Shown here: in pieces, positions 26,215 through 36,634 of the stretch
Position numbering within the stretch: the stretch's first letter is position 1
Layout: every line of letters starts with the position of its first letter
Source: a virus
Taxonomy: Duplodnaviria; Heunggongvirae; Uroviricota; Caudoviricetes
IMG/VR virus record: IMGVR_UViG_3300047388_000185
Span: 128,738-192,737 of that record
Direction: 5' to 3' (one strand)
Length of the DNA stretch: 64,000 nucleotides
The notes under the pieces: model-generated
Told to the model about the DNA's origin: nothing
Seen by the model: only the letters and a program-made list of their open reading frames with translations
Databases searched by the model: none
Translations under genes and position numbers: made by a program

Positions 26215-27090
26215 ATGATTGACGAAGCGGGAGACGCTGAGTTCAGCGGAACGATTGTACAAGCCGTTCGCCCTAATCCTGAGACGTTCAATCCGAACAC
26301 GGCCAGGGAACCCATACGCGGCATAACCGAAGCTCAATTTCATCTATGGGCTGCTATGAAAGCCGATCAGATCATTGAGAGTTCGAGAACTGAAGTGGTC
26401 CAGTTTAGCGGGGCCAGTCTTAGGCACGGAGAGTCGACGTCTACATTTCTTGGCCGAACAATGCACGTCGTCTTGTATCCCAGTCGGACTTATAGCCTAC
26501 CTAGATTAGCATTAGAAGAACAGCTCCTGGTGTCTTTTTCGGTATCGGAATTAAGTCAGCTCCGACGTACGGAACCTGATTACCGGGGAGAAGCCCTTGT
26601 TCAATTTAAAGCTATGCTTGTCGATCGGATTAACCAAGCGTATGCGGAGTTCGATCCCAGAAGCATACGCTACATCCCGCCACTATATAGCGTTACGGCC
26701 GACGCGTTCGTAGAGCTTGGAAATGAGCCTTGGAATTCTCGGCCGCGCTGGAATGCAGCAACTAGTGGGATTACTACCACTACTCCAACTCAAACGATAA
26801 CAGCAGAGTCTATTAGACAATCTGTCGATTTACTCCAACGTCAGATGACCCAGACGGAGCCGTTTTGGAGTAATTCACGTACGCCTTCAACCTGGGGTAG
26901 TACGGCTGACGGGATTCACGAAACGGCCCAAGCCTACGACATTCTAGGTACGCGACTTACGGACGGTCAAATGATCGGTGCTGCTCGTCGGACCGGAAAA
27001 TCAAGGTTAATGAAAGAATGGTTCGATAAGCACAACAAGCCTAAGCCCGCTGAACCAACGGGTCCTCAGCAACTAGACCTATTCGACTAA
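26215..27090 (+). CDS. hypothetical protein with C-terminal QQLDLFD clamp-binding-like motif
   Basis: ATG 26215; ends ...TGPQQLDLFD*. Confidence 0.5.
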   Translation: MIDEAGDAEFSGTIVQAVRPNPETFNPNTAREPIRGITEAQFHLWAAMKADQIIESSRTEVVQFSGASLRHGESTSTFLGRTMHVVLYPSRTYSLPRLALEEQLLVSFSVSELSQLRRTEPDYRGEALVQFKAMLVDRINQAYAEFDPRSIRYIPPLYSVTADAFVELGNEPWNSRPRWNAATSGITTTTPTQTITAESIRQSVDLLQRQMTQTEPFWSNSRTPSTWGSTADGIHETAQAYDILGTRLTDGQMIGAARRTGKSRLMKEWFDKHNKPKPAEPTGPQQLDLFD

Positions 27091-27217
27091 TCCTGCTACA
27101 CTGGCAACTCATCTTGCCAGATCCAAGCCACTCACATGAATGGCCTACTACAAACGGCTGAGTTCATCTCAGCTTTTTCTATTAGCCCATTCCAACCTTA
27201 CCTAACAACAAGAATAA

Positions 27218-30200
27218 ATGTTCGATATCATTAAGAACCAAGTTAGTCTCCTCGCTGAAGTGGAGAAAGACCTGCACGTCACTTTCCGTCAGATGGGTGA
27301 CAAGAACTGGGTCGTAGATGGAGACAAGGACGTAGATGGTTGCCCGTTCTGTAACCATCGGGAGTGCTTCCGTGTCATGCACGTTGAGGGTGAGAACCAG
27401 AGCTCCGCGTATAAGTGCTTCAGCTGTGGGGAATACGGGGACGTTATCGCTTGGCGTTCGAAACGGCATGGGATTTCCATCGGGGACGCCGTAGTTGCCT
27501 TGGCCAAAGAAAACAACATTCCCTTGCCTCGTGAAACTAATCCTGTCCAACAAGTTTTCACGCTCGCAGCCGCGTACTACCATCAAGGCCTCCTAGAAGG
27601 GTCGGATCGCCCCCAGCCCTTGCTTGGGGGAAAGACACCAAGTCAATATCAGACTGAACATCGCAAGCGCAAGGCCGAGTCGCTGTCGAAGTATAAGATC
27701 GGTTATTCTGATGGCGGCCTTACTGACTATTTGGACGCAGTCGGTATCAGTGTAGAACTGGCCGTAGAAAGTGGACTTGTCAAGCAAAAGAAGAAAGATG
27801 GCAAACTTGTTCCAGGACAGTATCACGACTTTCTTCCATCCAACTGCTTCATTTACCCTCACTACGTCAAGGGTCGGGCCAGCCACTTCACCTTCAAGGA
27901 TCCTACTAAACGTCTAGCATATCAGTTGCCGAAGAAGTGCAGCCTCAACCACTATACGTTCTACGGGCAAGACACATTCTCTGCGTCCGAATTTCTCATG
28001 CTGGTTGAAGGTGAAAACGACTGGCTGGCTGTCATGGAGTCAGGTAAGTCTCCTGCAACATTTGCTATCATCGGGCAAATCTCCGGCGAACAATTGGAGT
28101 GGTTAAAGAACCATTGCGGTGAAAAGAAGATCATCACCATGTTCGATCCGGATGATGCTGGTGATAAGTATCGTATCAAGGTCGAACTGCTACGCAAACA
28201 CTTCAAAGGCCTGGTTCACGTCAAGCCGCCAGAAGACAAAGACATTGATGAACTCCTAATCGGCGGCGCTGATCTAGAGGCCATCGTCCGAGGCAACATG
28301 GTCAAGGTCGATACGACCAAGCAAGTTGCGCCAGAGGCAATGGCCGCTATATGGGACGAGGTCGTGGAGCCCCTAAAACCGGTCGCCAAGCCCTCAGCAG
28401 CCGAAGTTGAGGCCTCGGTAGCCACCGCTGAGGAATTGCCCTACAAAGCGATCCTAGAGGCTTCTGTGTCCTCAGTTGAAGCGGTCGAAGCCAAGGACCA
28501 TTCTGTTGCCTTAATCGACGGTCAGGAAGCGGACGTGGTTGCCGCCAAGCCTAGTCTTGGAAGCTACGTGCCGCCGAACATCCCGAGTGAGCAGGACGCT
28601 GACCGCGATGGGACAACAGAAGACGGTGACACATCTCTTGAACTCATTCAGCTTGATGACTCCCCGGTCATTCAACGTCGAGGACAATACGAGAAGATTG
28701 AATCTAAGGATGGCATTGAAAAGTTCAAGCGTATCTCAGATTTCACTATCAAGCTGCTCAACGTCTACGTCAAGGAAGATGGGGATCGAGAGCGAGAGAT
28801 TATCGTCACCAAGGCAAACGGCCTCAAGAGTGATCCTATCCTGGTGAACTCCGAGACTAAGGTCACGCCAAAGGACTTCAAGCGATTGATGGCTAAGGCT
28901 GTGGACGGTGAGTGGCTAGGCCAGGCTTGGGACTTAGACGCTATGTGGCGTCTTGTCTATAACCAGGCCCGGGATACGGAAATTCGGGTTCCTCAACAGG
29001 TTGGCCGCCATGAGCGTCACAACTGCTGGATCTTCAACAATGTTCTGATCACGGGCTCCGGAGTTGGCATTCGTCCTGATGAGAATGGCGTCTTCTGGAC
29101 TGTAGGAAAGACCCGAGGCATCAAACCCGATGGCCTGAACGTCGACAAAGAAGCTGTCTCATCCTTGCCTTCGTTGGAAATGAGCCTGAGTCGAGAAGAG
29201 TCTGACGAATTGCTAAAGGGTGCATTGCACCACTATGCAAAGAACCTGGACTCCATAGGGGATGCGCTATTGGCGTTTGGTTGGATCTACTCGAACATAT
29301 ACTCTGATCGTATCTACAAGCTCAATGGGGGTATGTCTATTCTATTGCTGTGGTCGCTGTTCGGCGAAGGCAAGACCACACTCGTAGAATGGCTGCGTTA
29401 CTTCTTCGGCTTCCTGGACAAGACTGGTCGAACGACCCCAACGATGATGGGCTCAGGCATTGGCTTCTTGCGACAAGGGGAGTACTACTCTTCGATGCCG
29501 CTATTCATTGATGAGCTTCGACAGGATGAGGAATCCAAGGCTTGTTTGGGTCGTATCCGTTCTTGGTATGACCGAGATGGCCGGACTCTGGCAACCCGAG
29601 AAACGCACGGTATCCGGATTCAAAAGCTACGCTCTACGTTGATCGTTGCTGGGGAAGACCTGCCAGCTGATCCTGCAACTCGGGAACGCTGCGTCTCTAT
29701 CCGGGTCAAGAAGAAGCCGGAGACGGGCTCAACCGAAGCACTAGAAGGCAAGGGTCGGGAAACGGTCGAGTCTTTTGCTTGGTTCCAGAAGAATGGGACT
29801 AGTCTCAGCAACGTGATGTACTATTGGATTATCGACGCTGTGCAAGAAGACAATAACGTCCTAGTCAAGGGGATGGCAGAGATAGACAAGGCCCTGCGGG
29901 CTTCCGGCTGTAGCAGTCGAACCAGTAAGAACTGGTCTGCTGCCGGGTATCTAGGTCAACGTCTTGCGGACAAGTTCTATCCGAACTTTGACTTCAAGGC
30001 GTACATGGCTCAAGCGTGTGTGACGGAGCATAAGCAGCAACGTGAGGACACCAGTCTTCAGCAGTTCTTCGAGATTATGGAAGCTATGATGGCTCAAGAA
30101 GATTCCCGTATCAACGACGCTCATATTCAATATAACGCAGTGGACAATACTCTCTACATCTGGTTCGCGGCAGTGTTCAAGGAAGTGTTTGACGAAATGC

Positions 30201-30385
30201 GGGGGAAGTTGCCGTGGTCTAAGAACGCCATCCTCAGGGCTCTGCGAGAAGAGAAGTACTTTGTCAGGGATGATCAGAAAATTACGATGGGTATTGGCAT
30301 TGAAGGTGCAAAGCGTAATGTAATCACGCTAAGCATGAAGAACTGTCCGGACGTGTTGCATAACATCGCCAAGACAAATATGTAA
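27218..30385 (+). CDS. DNA primase/helicase (DnaG-type zinc finger + TOPRIM + P-loop NTPase)
   Basis: CHC2 zinc finger CPFCNHRE...CFSCGEYGDV; TOPRIM LVEGENDW...FDPDDAGDKY; Walker A GEGKTT; Walker B LFIDELRQDEE. Confidence 0.8.
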   Translation: MFDIIKNQVSLLAEVEKDLHVTFRQMGDKNWVVDGDKDVDGCPFCNHRECFRVMHVEGENQSSAYKCFSCGEYGDVIAWRSKRHGISIGDAVVALAKENNIPLPRETNPVQQVFTLAAAYYHQGLLEGSDRPQPLLGGKTPSQYQTEHRKRKAESLSKYKIGYSDGGLTDYLDAVGISVELAVESGLVKQKKKDGKLVPGQYHDFLPSNCFIYPHYVKGRASHFTFKDPTKRLAYQLPKKCSLNHYTFYGQDTFSASEFLMLVEGENDWLAVMESGKSPATFAIIGQISGEQLEWLKNHCGEKKIITMFDPDDAGDKYRIKVELLRKHFKGLVHVKPPEDKDIDELLIGGADLEAIVRGNMVKVDTTKQVAPEAMAAIWDEVVEPLKPVAKPSAAEVEASVATAEELPYKAILEASVSSVEAVEAKDHSVALIDGQEADVVAAKPSLGSYVPPNIPSEQDADRDGTTEDGDTSLELIQLDDSPVIQRRGQYEKIESKDGIEKFKRISDFTIKLLNVYVKEDGDREREIIVTKANGLKSDPILVNSETKVTPKDFKRLMAKAVDGEWLGQAWDLDAMWRLVYNQARDTEIRVPQQVGRHERHNCWIFNNVLITGSGVGIRPDENGVFWTVGKTRGIKPDGLNVDKEAVSSLPSLEMSLSREESDELLKGALHHYAKNLDSIGDALLAFGWIYSNIYSDRIYKLNGGMSILLLWSLFGEGKTTLVEWLRYFFGFLDKTGRTTPTMMGSGIGFLRQGEYYSSMPLFIDELRQDEESKACLGRIRSWYDRDGRTLATRETHGIRIQKLRSTLIVAGEDLPADPATRERCVSIRVKKKPETGSTEALEGKGRETVESFAWFQKNGTSLSNVMYYWIIDAVQEDNNVLVKGMAEIDKALRASGCSSRTSKNWSAAGYLGQRLADKFYPNFDFKAYMAQACVTEHKQQREDTSLQQFFEIMEAMMAQEDSRINDAHIQYNAVDNTLYIWFAAVFKEVFDEMRGKLPWSKNAILRALREEKYFVRDDQKITMGIGIEGAKRNVITLSMKNCPDVLHNIAKTNM

Positions 30386-30478
30386 TGAAAAGACGACAAA
30401 GTACCTGCCGGGACTCAAAGTTTCGGTTACACTAGACTTTTACAACAATAAGACTCGTAAATAAGCGAGCAAATAATA

Positions 30479-30781
30479 ATGAATATCGTAACTAAGCTGG
30501 CTGTTGAGAAGTTCCCCAATGTCTCTGTTGGGGAGTTTTCCTCTCAAGAAGCTGAGTACTCGTACCGAAAGTTCTTCGGGCGGGGTGAGAATAAGTATGG
30601 AGTATATCCTCAAGGTTGGAGTGAAAATCTCTACGGACGTGCTCCGATGCTAGGAATCGTATATGCAGATGACGAGTTTCTGGCTGAAAAAGTGGCGTAT
30701 GATCGAGGTCTTGTGCCAGGTTCTATGCCTCCAGTTGTCAAGCTTCTGGGAACGGCCCGACGTGCCGAAAACGCTCAATAA
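30479..30781 (+). CDS. hypothetical protein
   Basis: 100-aa ORF. Confidence 0.45.
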   Translation: MNIVTKLAVEKFPNVSVGEFSSQEAEYSYRKFFGRGENKYGVYPQGWSENLYGRAPMLGIVYADDEFLAEKVAYDRGLVPGSMPPVVKLLGTARRAENAQ

Positions 30782-30807
30782 ACTCAAATAACTAAAAGGA
30801 AAATAAA

Positions 30808-31065
30808 ATGAGTAACCGCACCCTCCTCGTCGACCGTCTGTCGGCCGCTCTCGGATCTACCAAGGTAGACGCTGATGGCATTCTAAAGATCTTTTCGACT
30901 GTGCTGCAAGACCATCTGGCTGAGCATCGCAATGCTGTCATCCCAGGCTTCGGTCGCCTGAAGGTAGTAGCCCGTCCAAGCCGTGTTGGCCGCAATCCAA
31001 AGACCGGCGCCTCGATCACTGTTCCTGCCAAGGACGTGGTTAAGTTCAAGAAGTTCAAGGCTTAA
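30808..31065 (+). CDS. HU/IHF-family DNA-binding protein
   Basis: GFGRLKVVARPSRVGRNPKTGASITVPAKDVVKFKKFKA matches the HU beta-arm signature. Confidence 0.8.
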   Translation: MSNRTLLVDRLSAALGSTKVDADGILKIFSTVLQDHLAEHRNAVIPGFGRLKVVARPSRVGRNPKTGASITVPAKDVVKFKKFKA

Positions 31066-31088
31066 GCCGTTCAAAACTAAATAAACAA

Positions 31089-31110
31089 GCCGCCTAACAA
31101 GGCGGTTTTC
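31089..31110 (+). terminator. rho-independent terminator
   Basis: GCCGCC-TAACAA-GGCGG followed by TTTT. Confidence 0.6.
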
Positions 31111-31130
31111 TAATAGCAAAGAAGAAGAAA

Positions 31131-31373
31131 ATGGAAACGTATTATATTGAAGTCGGCTCGGAAGTTATCCTGAACAGTGGCGGGCCTCGCATGACAGTTG
31201 AGGACATCGTTATGGACGAGGATGATACTGGGGGTGGAATTGTCTCGTGCGTTTGGTTTCAAGATGAAGGTGAGCCCTACGGTCCTCTTGCGTCATATCG
31301 AGGCCATCCTTTTTCTGCCAAGTTCCGCTCAGAGTCCCTGAGCCTTCTTGCTGACGAAGATGAAACGGACTGA
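31131..31373 (+). CDS. DUF2158/YodC-like small protein, paralog 1
   Basis: GSEVILNSGGPRMTVEDIV motif. Confidence 0.45.
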   Translation: METYYIEVGSEVILNSGGPRMTVEDIVMDEDDTGGGIVSCVWFQDEGEPYGPLASYRGHPFSAKFRSESLSLLADEDETD

Positions 31374-31374
31374 T

Positions 31375-31569
31375 ATGACTGGATCAGAAATCAAGCCTGG
31401 TAATGTCGTTCGTCTGAAAAGCGGTGGCCACAAAATGACGGTGGAATACGTCGATGGAGATGGTAAGATCAATGTCTGTTGGAATCCAGTTGACTGGGAG
31501 GGCAAGCCCTTTTCAGGAGCGATGCTGCGAGAAAAGGTTTGGCCGGCATGCTTGAAGGTGGTTGAATGA
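31375..31569 (+). CDS. DUF2158/YodC-like small protein, paralog 2
   Basis: GNVVRLKSGGHKMTVEYVDG motif; ATG 31375 directly after the previous stop. Confidence 0.45.
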   Translation: MTGSEIKPGNVVRLKSGGHKMTVEYVDGDGKINVCWNPVDWEGKPFSGAMLREKVWPACLKVVE

Positions 31570-32330
31570 GTGTGAAAATTGAAGATAGCACAGTCGAACT
31601 GATCGATTCTATGGGCTCGGACTTGAGCGTGTGTAATGCGGCGAGAGTCTCGTTTCATAAAAAGTCTGAATGGGAAGAGGAGGGTCCTTGGATCAAGAAA
31701 ACAAATGAGGATGGAACTCACGAGTTCTCTACGCCTCGATTGGCTGAGCCTGACCAAAAACTTATTCGCTATCTGGCCAAACATGGGCACTGGTCGCCGT
31801 TTGCACATGCCTTCCTGAGTTTTCGTGTCAAAGCTGATTTTGCGACAGTAGCTCAATTGTTTAAACACCAAGTTGGGTTAGCAGCAAATTCAGTATCTCG
31901 CCGATACGTTTCTGATCTTCCGGGCGTGTTCTTACCGGAAACCTGGCGTAGTCGTCCGGAAAACGTCAAACAAGGATCAAGCGAAACTGACATTGTTACG
32001 GTTACGTTGGAGCAGTATGCCAATGCCGGCGGCCTACCCTTTCAAGAACCAACTCTAAACAATTTGGTTACGCAACACTATGGGCGATGTTTAGCTCTCT
32101 ACGAGAACATGCTGGCTATGGGCGTGGCGCCAGAACAAGCCCGTTGGGTTCTCCCGATCGGAGCTATGACAGAATTCATCTGGTCAGGGTCGCTGATGGC
32201 CTTTGCCCGCGTCTACAAACAGCGTTCAGATCTTCACGCTCAAAAAGAGATCAGAGATGTGGCTCATAAAATCTCGAGTCTCATCCCACACAACATGCAG
32301 CACTCATGGGCTGCGCTAACAGAGAACTAA
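31566..32330 (+). CDS. thyX: flavin-dependent thymidylate synthase ThyX-like
   Basis: N-terminus VELIDSMGSDLSVCNAARVSF plus SRRYVS; the RHR motif looks partly degenerate. Confidence 0.65.
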   Translation: MSVKIEDSTVELIDSMGSDLSVCNAARVSFHKKSEWEEEGPWIKKTNEDGTHEFSTPRLAEPDQKLIRYLAKHGHWSPFAHAFLSFRVKADFATVAQLFKHQVGLAANSVSRRYVSDLPGVFLPETWRSRPENVKQGSSETDIVTVTLEQYANAGGLPFQEPTLNNLVTQHYGRCLALYENMLAMGVAPEQARWVLPIGAMTEFIWSGSLMAFARVYKQRSDLHAQKEIRDVAHKISSLIPHNMQHSWAALTEN

Positions 32331-32536
32331 AAATGAACGCAATGATTGAACTATCGCCCGCAGAGGCAACCCGTACGTATCGTTTCCCAGGTGGAGAAAC
32401 TGTTGTCCTGAAGGATGTTACGCACTTCCTTAATCGGCCGACTAATCATCGTCTAAAGACGGCTGATGGCAAGCTGCACATCGTTCCGACGGGATGGATC
32501 CACGTCGAGATTGATGCCAAGGAGTGGACGCTGTGA
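32306..32536 (+). CDS. hypothetical protein
   Basis: 76-aa ORF. Confidence 0.35.
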   Translation: MGCANRELKMNAMIELSPAEATRTYRFPGGETVVLKDVTHFLNRPTNHRLKTADGKLHIVPTGWIHVEIDAKEWTL

Positions 32537-32907
32537 GTTGGACCATTTACTGCGTTGAGAACACGACTAATTTGTCGGCTGAGTGCGCCCAGAAAATCAA
32601 GGATGTCATCGGAAACGAATTGACCATCCAAGATCCATACTACGGCTCTGGGTGGATCACGGAAGACGGTGAAGGAGAAGGTGGCGCTCTGTATTTCGAT
32701 GTAGATCACAATGAGCACATGGATTGGGTGGGTAACGAAGCTTCTCCGGAATTCTTTGATATCATGGAAGAATTCAAAGTCAATGGAGAAGTCCATTTCA
32801 TGGATCCGGGCCAAGGAGAACCAGTCTTCTGGGGTCATCGGTGGGTTGATGGGAAATACACAAGTTTGACCGGTGAATACAACATTGTTTGGACGGAAGA
32901 TGAGTAA
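32524..32907 (+). CDS. hypothetical acidic protein
   Basis: 127-aa ORF. Confidence 0.4.
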   Translation: MDAVSWTIYCVENTTNLSAECAQKIKDVIGNELTIQDPYYGSGWITEDGEGEGGALYFDVDHNEHMDWVGNEASPEFFDIMEEFKVNGEVHFMDPGQGEPVFWGHRWVDGKYTSLTGEYNIVWTEDE

Positions 32908-33220
32908 TTACGAAGACCGAGAAGCAATCAAAATCCCAGTTGAGAAACACGATTGTAGGCATTTCGCTCGAGGAGATTGGGACGGATTCACGACCGTCGA
33001 TGAGATCGAGGATGAGGGGTATAAGGATCTCGCTCCGGTAACCACGATCCTCGCTCGGATCAGCGATAACACCTACTGGGAGTTCAACTGGGAAAAGTGC
33101 ACGTCTTACTACGGTTCTGGAGATAGCTACTACGACAACGACCCCTACCTGTATAAGGTAGACAAGATCGAGAAAGTTGTGACTCGAACTGAAGTGACTT
33201 GGGAGAAAGTAAAGCCGTGA
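32900..33220 (+). CDS. hypothetical protein (paralog of the next ORF)
   Basis: ATG 32900; motif SYWEFNWEKC...YYGSGDSYYD. Confidence 0.4.
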   Translation: MSNYEDREAIKIPVEKHDCRHFARGDWDGFTTVDEIEDEGYKDLAPVTTILARISDNTYWEFNWEKCTSYYGSGDSYYDNDPYLYKVDKIEKVVTRTEVTWEKVKP

Positions 33221-33534
33221 AATACCAAGATCCCGACGCGTTCCACCTGGAACTTGATCAAGAAGATCGGGAAGCTTTTGCTCTTGGCTATTTGCCAGGA
33301 TTCACCGAAATTGATACGATCGATGGGGGTCCATTCAAGGATAGGGTTTGTTTTACAACTATCTGCGAGCGGGAGTCCGACGAGTCATTTTGGTCATATC
33401 AGTGGAGCGAACACTTGAACGCAGTTGGAACAGATCAGAATGACTATGGCATGGATGGGCACATTCATCGTGTCGATAGGATCATTATTGGGATAACGCG
33501 GACTTGCGTGGATTGGGTCAGGAGTAGGGCGTGA
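33199..33534 (+). CDS. hypothetical protein (paralog of the previous ORF)
   Basis: TTG/GTG start; motif SFWSYQWSEHL. Confidence 0.35.
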   Translation: MGESKAVKYQDPDAFHLELDQEDREAFALGYLPGFTEIDTIDGGPFKDRVCFTTICERESDESFWSYQWSEHLNAVGTDQNDYGMDGHIHRVDRIIIGITRTCVDWVRSRA

Positions 33535-33752
33535 AAACAAGAATACACGTTAATCAACACGCCATCAAGGCCAATGCCAAGAATGGCACGAACGAACCCG
33601 TTCTGACAATCAAGACTTACAAAAGCAATACGTACGCGCACCGCGTTCAGATTAACGGGCCGTCACAAGTCGTGTATAGCCCGGACGATCCATTGAGTTG
33701 CGGAGCTAAGGTTTGGATTGAGACGGACGCGGAAGTCGTGGTTCAAGAATAG
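33531..33752 (+). CDS. hypothetical protein
   Basis: 73-aa ORF. Confidence 0.35.
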   Translation: MKTRIHVNQHAIKANAKNGTNEPVLTIKTYKSNTYAHRVQINGPSQVVYSPDDPLSCGAKVWIETDAEVVVQE

Positions 33753-33762
33753 ATAGAACAGT

Positions 33763-33771
33763 GGTATAAGA
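33763..33771 (+). promoter_or_regulatory. TGGTATAAG promoter-like motif, copy 8
   Basis: 5 nt upstream of ATG 33776. Confidence 0.45.
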
Positions 33772-33775
33772 GTAT

Positions 33776-34072
33776 ATGAGAAAAGTAACTATTAAACCCA
33801 AAATCGAAACTCTTACGTACCTCGACCTCTTCGACGCTATGTATTATGTCGAAGGACTTGGTCATCCTGGATTCAAAGAGAATTTCTGGGATGATATATC
33901 TGATGATATTCCAGGAAACGACTGTTACTGGAAATGGTATCCACCGAGCGAAGGGGAACTTCGATACCTGGAATCGAAAGAAGATAAGGGATCTTACGAA
34001 CGAGGTAGATTGTTTGGAGCAACGTTTGGTATCTCGGACCGTGATGGAATAGTATTCCACATCAGTTGGTGA
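33776..34072 (+). CDS. hypothetical protein
   Basis: 98-aa ORF. Confidence 0.4.
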   Translation: MRKVTIKPKIETLTYLDLFDAMYYVEGLGHPGFKENFWDDISDDIPGNDCYWKWYPPSEGELRYLESKEDKGSYERGRLFGATFGISDRDGIVFHISW

Positions 34073-34092
34073 TAAAATAGAACACACACACA

Positions 34093-34116
34093 GAGGCCTC
34101 AAAGCCTCTTTTTTTA
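34093..34116 (+). terminator. rho-independent terminator
   Basis: AGAGGC-CTCAAA-GCCTCT followed by TTTTTTT. Confidence 0.65.
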
Positions 34117-34190
34117 ATTAGGAGACATAGACATGAAATGTAAACAATTTTCAATCTTCTCCGCGTTAAATAGCAACCGAAAGGAACTCC

Positions 34191-35531
34191 ATGGCAGGGC
34201 TTAAAGACCTCAGCTTGGATGAGCTATACGCGAAGGAAAAGAAGAGCAAGGCGGTCGAGATTCAGATCATGGCGAAGTCGGACTTCGACAAAATCAATCT
34301 TCGGTGGTGCGACAACATCTGCAAGCTGAAGTGCAAGAACCCAGAAGGGGTCAAGCTGATTCGGCAAGAGGTTGATATCCTCATTATCCAGGATCATATG
34401 GCTCCGCCGGGGAAGTATGACAAGTGGGAAGGTCAGCAAGAGGGGATCCAAAGCGGCGTCATCAACTTCCTGGCTAAGGAAGCGGGCTTTCACGGGTTGA
34501 AGTACCAAGTCACTAGTCTGTTGAAGTGTTCGGCTACTCATGACGACTTTCCCAACGGGAAGCCGCCGACTCAAACGACGATGCAGAAGTGCAGCCCCTA
34601 TTTGCAGGCTGAGATTGACCGAGTTAAGCCGAAGGTGATTATCTCATTGGCTACGGCTGTGACGAAGACGCTGGGGTTGAGCAAGGCTTCTAACACAGGA
34701 GATCGGGGGACGATCCAATTTACGGAGGATGGGATTCCGGTTGTGATTTCATTGCATCCTAGAATCTTAACGTTCATTCGGCAAAACGCCCGTGGCTCTG
34801 CTGGTATGTGGGGCCCGGACTACTTGAAGGTCATTCAACGTGACTTCGAGAAGGCTAAAGACCTGGCAACAGGTAAGCTGAAATACACAAAGAACACGCT
34901 GGTCGAAGCGATCGAACTGATTAAGGCTAAGTACCTTCGCGTGGCTAAAAGTATCGACGATGTCAAAGCGTTCATGGCTGAGATTTGGGCACTGCCTGAG
35001 ACGCAGATTGTGTCTTGGGATACTGAGACGACCAGCCTGGATCCGCTTGACCCGTACTTGAAATTGCTCACAACTCAGTACGGCTGGAGAAACGCGGTCG
35101 GGGATCTTCAAACGGTTGTCATTCCTCTCTGGCACCGAGACAACAATGCCTACGACCCGGCTGAAGCCTGGGAGATTGTCAAGCCCTACATGTTAAGTGA
35201 GCGACCAAAAGTTGGCCATAACATTAAGTACGATGTGTTGGCGACATACTGGTCCACTGGTATTCGAGTCAAGGGTATACAGTTTGACACGCTGCTCTTG
35301 ATCCATTCGATCTACAGCGGCCAGCAGGGCTGCTACGGCTTGAAGGTAGCGACTTGGGACTACTTGACAGAAATGGGTATTGGCGGATATGAAGACATGC
35401 TCGGAAAGCTGTCGGACTTGGCCAAGAAGATGAACAAGGAACGAGCCCAGATTCAGCTCGAACAAGCAGCAATGGAAGCTGCCCTTGAAGGAGTCGAAGA
35501 AGAACAAGGAGATGAAAATGAGTTTCGGTGA
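34191..35531 (+). CDS. DNA polymerase 3'-5' exonuclease subunit with N-terminal UDG-like domain
   Basis: Exo I VSWDTETTSLD; Exo II VGHNIKYDVLA; Exo III Y..KVATWDYL; N-terminal uracil-DNA-glycosylase-like fold region; ends 14 nt inside the polymerase ORF, in another frame. Confidence 0.65.
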   Translation: MAGLKDLSLDELYAKEKKSKAVEIQIMAKSDFDKINLRWCDNICKLKCKNPEGVKLIRQEVDILIIQDHMAPPGKYDKWEGQQEGIQSGVINFLAKEAGFHGLKYQVTSLLKCSATHDDFPNGKPPTQTTMQKCSPYLQAEIDRVKPKVIISLATAVTKTLGLSKASNTGDRGTIQFTEDGIPVVISLHPRILTFIRQNARGSAGMWGPDYLKVIQRDFEKAKDLATGKLKYTKNTLVEAIELIKAKYLRVAKSIDDVKAFMAEIWALPETQIVSWDTETTSLDPLDPYLKLLTTQYGWRNAVGDLQTVVIPLWHRDNNAYDPAEAWEIVKPYMLSERPKVGHNIKYDVLATYWSTGIRVKGIQFDTLLLIHSIYSGQQGCYGLKVATWDYLTEMGIGGYEDMLGKLSDLAKKMNKERAQIQLEQAAMEAALEGVEEEQGDENEFR

Positions 35532-36634
35532 TTTGTTCGAAGAGGGGCCAATTGCTCCGGTCAAGCCCCGGGGTATTGCTTCTTTAGAAAAAGCAAGAGT
35601 CAAGGAGGCAGAGTGGTTGTCGGAGAAACTGAAGTATGCTCCTACCATTGAGTTTATGCACGAGCTACCTGATGCACCTGATCGCATTACGTACGAGGAT
35701 TTTCCGTTCAACGATCTGAACATCTACGCTGGAGTTGACTGCATTGCAACCAGTGGCATCTTGGGAAAACTTTGGGGAGACCTGACGAAGACCGAGATGA
35801 TGAAGGTGCCGGACGCCAAGGGTAAGCCTCAGATAGTAGAAGCCCCTGCTGTTATCGACAGCGTGGTGGACGTAGAGATGCCGGCTCACGAGTTCATCTT
35901 GGACTTGGAAATCAACGGCATCGGGTACTCCGTGGCTCGTAACGAGTTCATCACGAAGAAGATGACGGCTGAGATCGAGGAGCTTGATGCTCGGATCTGT
36001 GAGTCCGTTGGCCGTCAATTGGACATGAACTCGGGCGCAGCATTGGCCAAGTACTTGTACGAGGAGCGTGGCTTTGACGTTCCGTTCAAGACGAAGAAGG
36101 GTGAGCCGGCGGTTGACGGGAATGCGTTCTTGACGATCGCGGGATTGGATCCGATGGGGAAGAGTCGGACTGCGAAGGATCCGACTTTGCAGTTCTTGGT
36201 GGATATGGCAAAGCGTCGGGATTTGAGTTCAGTTCGAGGGACGTTCTTGTCAAACTACGTCAAGGACTTCGTCAAGAGAGATGGGCGCGTTCACAGCTCG
36301 TATAACGCTTTTGGCACAAGTGGGTTTCGTATCAGTGGGGATACTCCAAATTTAACCCAACTACCTAGGTCTAAACACGGGTATAATATTCGGACATGTT
36401 ACACTACTCGTCCAGGATACGTGTTCATCAGTTTTGATTTCAGCAGTGCCGAAGTTAAAATTTTGAGTGCCGTTTCGAAAGAGCCTACGATGTTAAGGGC
36501 CATTCAAGACGGTCTGGATTTTCATACCTTCAGTGCGAGTTCCATGAGGGGAATTCCTTATGATGAAATGATGGGCGTGCTTTCGGACGAAAAGCATGAA
36601 AAATATAGAGAATACAAAGAGCTCCGTCAACTCT
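35518..36634 (+). CDS. family-A DNA polymerase, exon 1 (palm motif A, up to motif B)
   Basis: AAGGAG RBS before ATG 35518; motif A ISFDFSSAEVKILSAVS; the ORF ends ...ELRQLSK, aligning to PolA ...EQRRSAK. Confidence 0.6.

Noticed and set aside
30385-30480. Search for a promoter or terminator between the primase-helicase and the next ORF
   Set aside because: No TGGTATAAG copy and no convincing hairpin with a T-run. It is left unannotated.
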